A model generated the notes under the pieces. It worked only from the letters and a program-made list of their open reading frames with translations, made no database searches and was not told where the DNA came from. Positions 22,075 to 34,070 of a stretch of 64,000 nucleotides of DNA are shown one piece after another; the first letter of the stretch is position 1; each line of letters opens with the position of its first letter. Location: the NCBI RefSeq assembly GCF_006345805.1, contig NC_043007.1:24614001-24678000 (forward strand), written 5' to 3'. The position numbers and the translations under genes were made by a program. The DNA is from Octopus sinensis. Taxonomy: Eukaryota.

Positions 22075-22497
22075 TACATACACATATATATACATACCTA
22101 TATATAATACAAAAATTGCTCGAAGAAGTAAGTATGCCTGTTGAATTAATGGGCTCCCTTAGGGTTCATGTAAATTATAAATATTTAATAATATCCTATG
22201 GATATGGTGATGTGGTCTCATAAAAATACATGTCAAGCTGAAACATATGTAGCAATGTGTTAATAAAAATACAAAATCTCTACCTGTTAAATATTTCTTG
22301 TTATTGATATGCATACGATATAAATGAGAGTGTATGAATGTATGTATATGTTTATAACTCTGAGAAGCATGAAATGGTGTGTCTACAAGAAAAATAGATT
22401 TGAGTTTTGAAATCTGCTTTCTAAACAGAAAGTTTTCAGCAAATAATAATCAAAACATAATTTGATATGAAAAATAACTGAACTTGTATATCACTAA

Positions 22498-22718
22498 CCC
22501 TTTAGTGTTCAGAATATTCTGTTAAATCTAATACTTTTTCACTCAAATTGTTTTGAATTAATCATGCATTATCTTATATCTTTGAGGTTTCAATGATGTG
22601 ATTGTTTATTTTTAGAATAGCATTGTAGGTTAGGAGTGAGAGGCTAGATATCGCCAGTTTGAATATAAAACATGTAGAATATATTGGGCCGGATTTGGCC
22701 GGTTTAAACACTAAAGGG
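22498..22718. mobile_element. piggyBac-like MITE
   Basis: TIR CCCTTTAGTGTT / AACACTAAAGGG; (C)TAA left and TTAA right; second copy at 54355-55051. Confidence 0.8.
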
Positions 22719-23269
22719 TTAAATCTCGTTATCTGTCATATCTGTCTATCTGACTTTTACACTTTCTCCCTCTCTATGTGTATTTACCACACACTCTCTC
22801 TCTCTTTCTCTGTATATGTATATCTCTCATGCGTAATGCGTAATTGCTTTCAATTTGTTTAAAACTTTTTTGCTGTAATGTGTTTACTTTCATTTTGTGA
22901 TAGACATCTATAATGCAAGAAATGCTAGCTTTCAATCCTGTTTTCTGATTGGGTAAAGTTTATCAAACTTTAATCATCTGTAACATTTTTGTGAATCTTT
23001 TCTGGATTAAATGAATCACAATATCGGATTCATGTGAAAAATCACATCAATATACCAAAAAGAAAAACAAAAAACAACTTCCTTTATCGAGACGTTGCAA
23101 ATTAATACTAAATAATGCAAAAATCAATCCTGATCAAGAGGCTTATCCAACAGAGAAGACATGGAATAAAAAAATTGAAATAAAAGCATTCTATTGTGAA
23201 AACTGTCTGGTAACAATGGGCTACTCAGTATATATATGTACATACATATAAATAGTTTACAAGTTAGCT

Positions 23270-23503
23270 ATATATATATATATATATAGGGTATATATAT
23301 ATAGGCTATATATATATATATATAGGGTATATATATATAGGCTATATATATATATATATAGGGTATATATATATAGGCTATATATATATATATATAGGGT
23401 ATATATATATAGGCTATATATATATATATATAGGGTATATATATATACCCTATATATATATATATATAGGGTATATATATATAGGCTATATATATATATA
23501 TAG
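23270..23503. repeat. ~36 bp AT-rich minisatellite (GCTATATATA..TAGGGTATATATATATAG)n
   Basis: About six units, one with an inverted CCCTA segment at ~23447. Confidence 0.9.
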
Positions 23504-23850
23504 GGTAAAGGGTAAAGACCCTTTTATGTCATGAATGACCATGGGATTGCATCTGGAAAGTTTCCCTCCGAGGCGCAAGGCCAGGCAAGGTTGTTTATAG
23601 AAGACCAGCAGTCGTCCATGCAAACCTGCTTCCCCTCTCCATGCCACCAATATAATCCAAGGGAAAAGCAAAGGGGCCAATACAGCTTGGCACCAGTGAC
23701 ACTGCAACTCCTTTATTCAGCTGAGTGAACTGGAGCAACATGAAATAAAATGTCTTGCTCAAGAATGCAGCACACATCCCAGTCCAGGAATCGAACACAC
23801 CACATCATGATTGTGAGCTCGACACTCTAACCACTGAGCCATGTGCCTTC
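23504..23850 (-). mobile_element. tRNA-derived SINE family D
   Basis: Head GGCACATGGCTCAGTGGTTAGAG; homologous to 33736-34070; (TTTACC) tail. Confidence 0.8.
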
Positions 23851-24044
23851 ACTTCTCTCTTTCACACATACATACATACGACAGGCTTCTATTGATTTTC
23901 AAGTCCCAGATCCACTCATAAGCTTCAATGCCTTACTCTCTGAGGCTAGAGTATTTAGCAATAAGATAATATGTTGAAATACAGCAGACAATATGTAAGA
24001 AGGTCACCAGTGAGATTCACAAAGTTAGTTGGGTTGGTAGTCAC

Positions 24045-24558
24045 CAATTTAATAAATACCTATTTCTTTACTACCCACAAGGGGCTAAACACAGAGGGGA
24101 CAAACAAGGACAGACATAGGTATAAAGTCGATTACATCGACTCCAGTGCGTAACTGGTACTTAATTTATCGACCCCTAAAGGATGAAAGGCAAAGTCGAC
24201 CTCGGCGGAATTTGAACTCAGAACGTAACGGCAGACGAAATACGCTAGACATTTCGCCCGGCGTGCTAACGCTTCTACCAGCTCGCCGCCTTCAATTTAA
24301 TAAATACCTCTTTAATAAATACCTATTTCTTTACTACCCACAAGGGGCTACACACAGAGGAGACAAATGGATTAAGTTGATTATATCTCCCCCAGTGCGT
24401 AACTGGTACTTAATTTATCGACCCCGAAAGGATGAAAGGCAAAGTCGACCTCAGTGGAATTTGAGCTCAGAACGTAGCGGCAGACGAAATACCACTAAGC
24501 ATTTTGCCCGGCGTGCTAACGTTTCTGCCAGCTTGCCACCTTCAATTTAATAAATACC
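24045..24558 (-). mobile_element. Two tandem SINE family B copies separated by the target-site duplication
   Basis: CAATTTAATAAATACC at 24045, 24293 and 24543. Confidence 0.85.
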
Positions 24559-24829
24559 ACTATAACATGTATGACGTGGATGTTACAATGAATATCAGAG
24601 AATTAGTGCTGTATAAGCTGAGAAATGAAATCAGATAAAAACGAAATGAACTGCATGCTGGTTGTAAACACTGTAATAAATTCATAACAGAAACATTGAA
24701 GGAGCACTAGAGCCATTAAATCTGCAATTGGTTAAGTTGGAGATGAACATAGAACAGGTGCCATACAGTAGAAAATGATTTTTCTGCTATGTGGCACCTG
24801 TTCTATGTTGTAGGATGACTTGTCGGAGG

Positions 24830-25350
24830 GAGGTGATTTTGCACTGGTGTCGCACTGAATTGTTGGAGACAAAGTGATGCCATCGGACATGAAGGATGCG
24901 GCGTAGACAGAGGTGATCGAAGGACTCTAGTCGCTTAATATCTTCCACCCTCATTGGCCATGACTCGCTGCTGTAAAGGAGAATCGTTCACACTAGTGCT
25001 TTGTAGATCCGTACTTTGGTGGTGTGTCGGCTGGGTCATTCCCTCTGTCGTCAACCAGGAGAATTCCTCTACAAAGCAATTGCCCCAGCTCCCCTTCAGG
25101 GTTGGCGAAAGCGATGTGGTGGACAACGAAAAACCTGGCTGATGACAGTCGAGGCTGATCTGGAACCCAACCTAGGCTCCCCCATGTCTATGGCATTCAC
25201 CACTGGAATAGGGTTTGGTTGGAGATCACGCAGTTGTTAGCCTCAAATCGCCAGGCCTGGCTGGCGTTTGTGAGAGATGCAGCATTGAGGATGAATGAAG
25301 CCAGCTCAACCCACCCCGGGTGAATGCTGTCCCAAGACAAGAAGAAGTTC
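24830..25350 (+). mobile_element. 5'-truncated LINE of a second RTE lineage
   Basis: GWRKRCGGQRKTWLMTVEADLEP..VYGIHHWNRVWLE..ASNRQAWLAFVRDA..STHPG*, then a CAAGA-like tail. Confidence 0.75.
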
Positions 25351-26079
25351 TATGTTGTAAGTGAGCTGCAGATTTAATGGTGAGGTTTTAACACCTCGAC
25401 GTAAAATCTGCAACTTACTTAGCTCTTTCAAAACAGACATACAGTGCAGCTGAATGGAAGTTGTTATATATAACCCTACATTGCCAACTTTGACTGACTG
25501 GGGTGTGTGCCAAAGCACAACTGAATATCGCCAGTGACAAAATAGTCCATGCCTTGCTTCAAGTAGAAGACGTTCACCCAAGATATTGCACAGTGGGACT
25601 GAACCTGAAACCATGTGGTCACAAAGCAAGCTTCTTCACCACCGTTTAGTAGCAATTTGACTGACATCTATTTTAAATAGCAAACACATTTAAAGTTACC
25701 GTCAAACTATAGCAATTACTACCGTCAGCTTGTTCATCTATCTGCCATAGGTGATCATGTAAAACCGTCATTTTTCAAGCCTCACCGAATGAACGACAAT
25801 AAACTCTGGCAAGAACTAAACTAATGGTCCTAATCAATGAGATATGGTTGATTAATATGATTATTACATGTGGAGATCTAAAAATACAGAAATAATAGAA
25901 GAGATTGAAATTTCAAAGCAAAGTGATCAATATTTATTTATACTGGTTTCCAAACTGTCTTATAACGAACAAAGAAATTAAACCTAAGGTGATGAATTTT
26001 AATTAAACTTGGATTGATGACATGCTATTCAAAACTCCTAAAGAGAAAGCAAAATAAGAAATGGTGTAATCAAGCTGTT

Positions 26080-26245
26080 AATAACAACAACAAAAATAAC
26101 TTCAATAGTAATGGCAATAATAATAATAATAATGATGATGATGATGATGATGATGATAATAATAGTAATAATAATAATGATAATGATGATGATGATGATG
26201 GTGATGATGATAATAATAATAATAATAATAATAATAGTAATAATA

Positions 26246-26277
<32 letters not shown>

Positions 26278-26390
26278 GATGATAATAATAATAATAATAA
26301 TAATAATAGTAATAATAATGATGATGATGATGATAATAATAATAGTAATAATAATAATGATAATGATGATGATGATGATGATGATAATTC
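26080..26390. repeat. Compound (AAT)n/(GAT)n trinucleotide microsatellite
   Basis: Alternating blocks of AAT and GAT. Confidence 0.97.
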
Positions 26391-28129
26391 TTTCTAATTT
26401 TGAAACAAAGCTAGAAATTGTAGGAGGATGCACACACATACGTGTGTGTGTGTGTGTTAGTTGATGATATCAACTCCAGTACAATAATCAACCCCAAAAT
26501 GATGAAAGGCAAAGTTGACCTTTGAAGCATTTGAACTGAGAATGAAAAGCTGGGAGAACTGCTACTAGGCATTTTTTTTTTTTTTTTGACATGCTAACAA
26601 TTCTGCCAGCTCACTGCCTTAATAATAATAATGGTTTCAAATTTTTTCACGAGGGCAGTAATTTGTGGGTAGAGGAAGGGTCGATGTAAATGATCCCACT
26701 GTTCAAATAGTACTTATTGTCTCAACCTTGAAAGGATGAAAAGCACAGTTGACCTCGGTGGAATTTGAACTCAGAACGTAAAGACAGACAAAATGCCACA
26801 AAGCATTTTGCCCAGCATGCTAACGATTCTGCCAGTTTGCTGCCACGGTTTTAAATTTTGGCATGAGGCCAGCAGTTTTGCAGGAGGGGATTAGTTACTT
26901 ATGTCAACCCCAGGACTTAACTGGTACTTATTTTATCAACTCCAAAAGGGATGAAAGGCAAAGTCAACCTTGACAGAGTTCAAACTCAGAATGTAAAGAG
27001 AGATGGAATACTGCAAAACATTTTGCCTGGCATGCCAACGACTCTGCCAGATTGCCACCTTAAAATGATGATGCTGATGATGATGATAATAATAATATTG
27101 ATGATGATAATAAATAAATATATGCCCTGATGCAGTACCAGGCAGCGGCTCTCATGGCTTCTGATCTTAACTGATTGGAAGTGTTATGTACATTGTCTTG
27201 TCTTGGTATAAAAGATGGGCTACAGCAAATATTCTACTCAATACCACAGATTTGCTTGTCAGTTGCTTGACCGTAACCAGTTGAGCATGCCCCTTAGTGG
27301 TTGACGATATGTGCATCTCTGATCATGAGCAGAAGTAGTGTGCCTATATTAGAAAGGATTATTATTATTAACATTATCATTATTATTGAGTGAGAGAGCA
27401 GAGCATGCCATCAAAGTGACACCGCGATAAAATATACGAAGCCCAGTATACCCCTCATGACTATCCGTCTGATAAAGGTACACTAGGCACATGCATTACA
27501 ACCATATGTGTGCGACATGGTGATCTCATATCAAGATAAACAGCACATAACTTTGCAGGTGGGGGTCCAGTTAGAATTTTGTTCAGGTCGAGAAGCCCAT
27601 CCCACTCAAAAGTGGGATGTATGTATGTATATACACGTGCTTCTCTGTCTGCCAAATCCACTTACAATGCTTTGATCAGACTCTAGTTATATAAGAAAAC
27701 CCAAGATGCCACACAGTGGGACTGAACTTGAACCATAGATAGATAGATATTTATGTAAACAGAGTTAGTGGTTATAGTAACTAAGGGATAAAATATCTGC
27801 ATATACTATCGGTATCCGTTATCTGTATTATCCCCGGGCATTGGTGTGCCGGCACACCAAACACGTAGAGTACAGATAACAACAGGATAAACAAAAGTTT
27901 ATCAGGAACCGACGCAAGCAATTAGAAAATGGAGAATTCCACAGATTAACCACATTTTAGCTTATTTTTATACAAAGCATCATATAACAAAATAGGTACA
28001 TATATATATACATATGTGTGCCACATATTTTGTTACGTTATGCTTTGTATTAAAAAATAAGCTATAAATGTGGTCCAATTGATGTGTTGGCCTATATGTG
28101 GTTTTCTCCATTTTATAATTATTTGCATT

Positions 28130-28177
28130 TATATATGTGTGTGTGTGTGTGTATATATATATACATGTGTATATATA

Positions 28178-28259
<82 letters not shown>

Positions 28260-28336
28260 TATGTATGTATGTATACATATCATCATCATCATCATCATTT
28301 AATGTGATGATGATGATGATGATGATGATGATATGT

Positions 28337-28382
<46 letters not shown>

Positions 28383-28460
28383 GTATACACATATGTATAT
28401 ATGTATACAACACACACATATATATATGCATGTATACACACACACACATATATATATAGA
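28130..28460. repeat. (AT)n/(ATAC)n microsatellite with an embedded (CAT)n-TTAATGT-(GAT)n core
   Basis: Read directly from the sequence. Confidence 0.95.
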
Positions 28461-29129
28461 GAGATAAATAAATAAATGTTGTTAAACACAGGTGTTATTC
28501 AAAATCTTTTACTTTCGACATATTATTCCAGAAGGGATAAAATGGTGTAAAACAATGCAATCTTCTCATCGGGGAAAGAAAGAAACCAAACACATCAATA
28601 AGACATTTTAACACAATGTGATGACTCCGTATAATTATGAAGGGAATGCTATTAAGTTTTTTTTTAAAAAAAACATTAGTAGATATAATGTCAAAGGTAG
28701 CATATAGAAAGAGAAAGAGGAGAAGGAAAAAAATTAGCAGAAAACTAATAGTGGAGAAATATAGATCGATGGGTGAATTAGAATAAAGCTTCAAAGTGTG
28801 GAATTAGATATATTTAGTGAAAGTGAAAAGTAGCAAGAAGACAATCAAAGGTCAAATTATATAGAATGGTAAAAATCCCTTATAGGAACTAGAGGTTTGT
28901 TTCTGCCAATGTTTTCAACAATAAAGGTGTTCTATAAACTTCATTTATTTATTTATCTACTCGTATATTATAAAAAACATTTCACTTTAACCTGGAGTTT
29001 CTACCTTTATAAATAGGTTGTTATATCCTTGTTACTTGTGTGACTTTTTGCTACCCTGGTAACTGTTAATTTATTTTTTCTGTGTTATTTGTAAACACTG
29101 AAAAAACACGTACACATTTATATATATGC

Positions 29130-29424
29130 GGCACGTAAAAAGCACCATCCGAATGTGGCTGATGTCAGCGCCGCCCGACTGGCGTCCATGTCGGTGACAT
29201 GTAAAAAGTACCAACCAATCGTGGCCTTTTGCCAGCCTCCTCTGGCACATAAAAAGCACCCACTACACTCATTGAGTGGTTGGCATTAGGAAAAGCATCC
29301 AGCTGTAGAAACACTGCCAGATCAGACTGGAGCCTGGTGCAGCCTCATGGCTTCCCAGACCCCGGTCGAACCGTCCAACCCATACTAGCATGGAAAACGG
29401 ACGTTAAACAATGATGATGATGAT
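29130..29424 (+). mobile_element. RTE 3'-end fragment (one of ~12; others at ~34400-34770 -, 35000-35280 +, 37680-37860 -, 39620-40260 +, 42105-42420 +, 47880-48460 -, 52630-53100 +, 54470-54958 +, 59980-60150 +, 61530-61900 -)
   Basis: All share CACCCACTACACTC..GTTGGCRTTAGGAAGGGCATCCAGCTGTAG..GGACGTTAAA(TGA)n with 7150-7340 and have no tRNA head. Confidence 0.85.
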
Positions 29425-29434
29425 ATATATATAT

Positions 29435-30215
29435 TAGGGAGTACCCAGAAGTAACCAGAAATGAGCCCATTGCAGCTCATGCTTCTACCACTAGAAGCCG
29501 CTTGATGTAACCCTCAGGAATCAGTCTGCTGACTGGCAATGTCTGGTGAGATCATACTGCCACGTGATGCATCTTTGTTTTGCAGTGCTTCTCCCTTGTT
29601 CGTCAATTTTTGCGATGGCTGTAATGAAGGAACAGCATTCTTCCATGAAATTCTGTTTTCTGCTGGGGAAAATGGCAGCAAAAACAGTTGTCATGCTTCA
29701 AACAACTTACAAGGATGCTGCCATGAGCAAAACACTAGCTTATGAGTAGGTTTTCACACTTTAGGAATGATCACTTGTTGCTTGAATACCAATCTCATTC
29801 AGGGTGACCATCGACCTCCTCAACAAATGAAAACATCATGAAAATTCACGAACTGATCTTGGAGGACCATCACCAAATAACTGACAAACTTTTTGATAGG
29901 ACTGGTGTGTCCTGGAGCTCCTGCCAATGAATTTTGAGCAAGGAATTGCAAATGAAAAGAGTTGCAGCAAAATTTGTGCCACATTTTCTCACAGAAGATC
30001 AAAAGCTGTCATGATTGAACTATTGTGAACTGAAAGAACAGTTGGAAATTGATCTGGGCCATTTTCGAAGGTTATCAATGGTGACAAAAGGTGGTGTTTT
30101 GGAATCTGAAGATGTGAAAGAGGTGAAGAAAAAAGCACTGTTTCAACTAGTGGAAAATGCATCTGGACCAATGCCTTGCTTCAAACGGAGAATACTTTGA
30201 AGGCAATAAAAATGT
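29435..30215 (+). mobile_element. Decayed, internally deleted mariner transposon
   Basis: MKFCFLLGKMAAKTVVMLQTTYKDAAMSKT..SG*PSTSSTNENIMKIHELILED..KRVAAKFVPHFLTEDQK (HTH region and linker), KVINGDKRW (first catalytic D region), [13 protein letters not shown]-terminus. Confidence 0.88.
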
Positions 30216-30254
30216 ACACTTGTAAAGCTATGTGAACAGAATAATGTTGCAATA

Positions 30255-30255
30255 A

Positions 30256-30318
<63 letters not shown>

Positions 30319-30382
30319 GTATGTATATACATATACATATATATATATAATATATATATATATGTATGTATGTATATACATT

Positions 30383-30431
<49 letters not shown>

Positions 30432-30443
30432 GTAGATATACCT

Positions 30444-30493
<50 letters not shown>

Positions 30494-30552
30494 ATACATA
30501 TACATATATATAATATATAATATATATATATGTATGTATATATATACATATA

Positions 30553-30604
<52 letters not shown>

Positions 30605-30612
30605 GTATATAC

Positions 30613-30670
<58 letters not shown>

Positions 30671-30678
30671 GTATATAC

Positions 30679-30731
<53 letters not shown>

Positions 30732-30750
30732 CATACATACATGTATATAT
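30255..30750. repeat. (AT)n/(ATGT)n microsatellite with ~60 bp higher-order period
   Basis: Repeated ATATATATGTATGTATGTATGTATATACATATAC blocks. Confidence 0.95.
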
Positions 30751-31189
30751 ACAATGGTCTTCTTTTCAGTTTCCATCAACCAAATCCATTCACAAGGCAT
30801 TGATTGGCCCCCCAAGGCTATAGTAGAAAAACACTTGTGCAAGGTGCCATGTGGTGGGACTGAACCTGGAACCATAAGGTTGGGAAGCAAGCATCTTACC
30901 AAACGTGTATACATGCCTACATATATACATAGGTGTCAAGCAGTCTTCTCAACCACAGAGCCATGTCTGTGTCGACACATGATTAGAAGATATGACACAA
31001 TGAGAGTAATAAGATCTGAACACTTGACCGTGTGGTCAGGAGTCTGTCACCTTAACCTCACAACCATTGCACAACAGGAAGAAATATGAAAAAAAAAAAC
31101 ACAATCAAAAAGCCAGTGATTAAGATGATGATGGAGGCTCAGTTTCAAGTACATCTCTCAGACTTAAAGAAGTAGTATCTGTGTGTTCA

Positions 31190-32005
31190 CGCACGCATGT
31201 GTGAGTCTGTAAGTGTGTGTCTGTGTGTGTTTATGTGAATCTGTGACTAAGTTGCTTATATATTTGAGTGTATATGTGTATGTGAGCAAATGAGAGAGAA
31301 AAAGAAAGAGAGAGAAAGAGAAGAGAGAGAAGAGAGAGAGAGAAAGAGAGTGTGTGTGTGTGTGTGTGAGAAAGAGCATATGAGTAAGACAGTGTATGTA
31401 TGCATGTGAGTGTGTGTGTGTGTGAGTTTGTGTGTAAATGCATGCATGTGAAGGAATAGTTGTATGTGCATGTGTGTGTGTATGTGTTTGAACCTTTGTC
31501 TGCGTGCGTGTATGTGCGTGAGAGTATGATTGCATGTATGTGTGCGTGCATTTACTCATAAACTCATACACAGACTCACACATACACACATACACTCACG
31601 TAAACACACACTCTCTGTATGGCTGCATGTATGTATGTGTGTATGTGTCTGTGTGAGAGTGTTTGTGTGTGTGAGTTTGTGACTGAATATTTTCATATCC
31701 GAATGAATATGTGTCTATGTACCTATGTGCATGTGTGTGTGCGTGCGTGTGTGTGTATGTGTGTGTGTAAAAGACATGTCTAGTGTAAATAGGAATGGGA
31801 TCCATTTTAGCTGTTGAACACTTAATTAAAGTGATCAGCTGATATTCTTAAATGCTGACACTAAGATATCAGCTTACAACATTGATGTGTTAATAAAAAC
31901 CCCAGTTCCTCCTACTCCTGCTTTGGTTATTCACTCCCCACCACCACGGACCCAAACACACGCACACATATACACTCACTTATAGATATTCTCATGTACA
32001 CTCTG

Positions 32006-32044
<39 letters not shown>

Positions 32045-32560
32045 TTAACTCACCCTTACATATGTAGACGTATAATCACACATGTACACAAATGGTTTTT
32101 AAAAATGGAAGGATCACTTCAAAAGCTAACACATGTGTATACACGTATATATTCATACAAATATATACACACATGTACACGAATGATATAAAACATGAAT
32201 GGAAACTATTTCAGAAGCTGACTAACGCATGCACACACACACATACACAAAAGCCAAAAACACATTGGTACATAAACACTAGCATATACATACACAGTCA
32301 AACACTAACATTTATACAGACATAAATGCATACACACACATACACACACACACACATACAAATACAGACAAACACTAACATTTATAAACAAACACAAATG
32401 CATACATACACACACACATACAAACACAAGCATATACACACACAGACAAACAGTAACATTTACACACAAACACTAACATTTATACACAGACACAAATGCA
32501 TACATACACACATACAAACACTAACATTTACACACAAACATAAAAAAACACAGAGAGAGA
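31190..32560. repeat. Degenerate (TG)n/(GA)n tract followed by a (CA)n-rich tract
   Basis: Low-complexity dinucleotide sequence; AAACACTAACATTTA repeated several times in 32260-32530. Confidence 0.9.
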
Positions 32561-33121
32561 CAGGAAGATTTAGACAGATTAAGCCGATTGGTTATTGAAC
32601 ACATACAAACTGAAGAAAGACATGTGGTGTCATTTCTATTGATATGGTAGAGATGACAGCTTGTCTCTCCAAATGAAATATGGTTGCCATGCAAATCAAA
32701 GAAGCTGAGTAAGATAAGGCAAAAAATGTTTTTTAATGAAATTAAAACGATGAGATTTCACTTGTTTTAATTTAGCTCTTATGCTTTTGGATTGGATTGG
32801 GTTGCCTATGTTCAGAGCACTGCAGGACAAAGGCCTCAGCATGCTCTCTCCATCAACCATGGTTCGATGTGGAGGCCATGAATTTAAGCTTGAGATTATA
32901 GTGTTTTGAAGGAGCCTACTCTGCCACACTGGCTCAATATGGCTCGGCAGAAAGGTGCAGTTTATTTATACTTTTACCCAGGGGCAGTTAAGTCGATTAC
33001 TTCCTGGTTGAAAGTGGGCATCACCATCATACAAGTGATACCGTCCATTTCCAATCTTTCATGAGAAACAGGTCTGACATCGCTTGGAAACAGGAGAGGG
33101 TTGGCAACAGGAAGGGCACCC

Positions 33122-33495
33122 AACTCTTTTACTTGTTTCAGTCATTTGACTGTGGCCATGCTGGAGCACCACCTTTAGCCGAGCAAATCGATCCCAGGAC
33201 TTATTCTTTGTAAGCCTAGTACTTATTCTATCGGTCTCCTTTTGCCACACCGCTAGGTTAGGGGAATGTAAACACACCAGCATCAGTTGTCAAGCGATGT
33301 TGTGGGGACAAACACAGACACACACATATATATGAAGGGCTTCTTTCAGTTTCCGTCTACCAAATCAACTCACAAGGCTTTGGTCGGCCCGAGGCTATAG
33401 TAGAAGACACTTTCCAAGGTGTCACGCAGTGTGACTGAACACGGAACCATGTGGTTGGTAAGCAAGCTACTTACCACACAGCCACTCCTACACCT
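33122..33495 (-). mobile_element. SINE family A copy (others at ~35801-36184, 42570-42910, 57013-57406, 57995-58381, 61910-62293, 63052-63428 minus; 55893-56600 and 62745-62958 plus)
   Basis: Near-identical to 19295-19684. Confidence 0.88.
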
Positions 33496-33735
33496 AGAAA
33501 AATCTGTTTTAACAAATTCTGTCTGACTCATGCAAACCAGGAAAAGTGGACATTAGATGATGATGATGATGATGACAGTAGCTTCCTACCAGCCCCTTTC
33601 TTACTCTTAATACTAAACTACCACTACATGCCCCCACTTCACCAGTTTCATCATCTGAATAACAGAAACTATCGACCCCCATCTAATGAAGCATCTGATT
33701 TATTCAAAGACATCAATTTAATATACACCAGTAAC

Positions 33736-34070
33736 AGGCACATGGCTCAGTGGTTAGGGCATTGGGCTCATAATCATGAGGTAGTGAGTTCAATCCCAAA
33801 CCAAGCTGTGAGTTGTGTTCTTGAGCAAAACACTTTATTTCACGTTGCTCCAGTTCACTCAGCTGTAGAAATGAGTTGCGACATCACAGGTGCCAAGCTG
33901 TATCAGTCATTGCCTTTCCCTTGTGTAACATTGGTGGCGTGGAGAGGGGAGGCTGGTATGCATGGGCGACTGCTGGTCTTCCATAAAAAAAAAAACCTTG
34001 CTCAGACTTGTGCCTCAGAGGGGAACTTTCTAGGTGCAATTCCATGGTCATTCATGATTGAAGGGGGTAC
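33736..34070 (+). mobile_element. SINE family D copy (partial copy also at ~61195-61370 minus)
   Basis: GGCACATGGCTCAGTGGTTAGGGC..GAGTTCAATCCC head; CTCCAGTTCACTCAGCTGT central domain. Confidence 0.82.

Noticed and set aside
23270-23503. Interstitial telomeric repeat
   Set aside because: The motif is TAGGGT within (AT)n, not tandem TTAGGG.
26014-26464. Poly-Asn/Asp, poly-Ile and poly-Met ORFs
   Set aside because: Translations of an intronic trinucleotide microsatellite; no flanking coding context.
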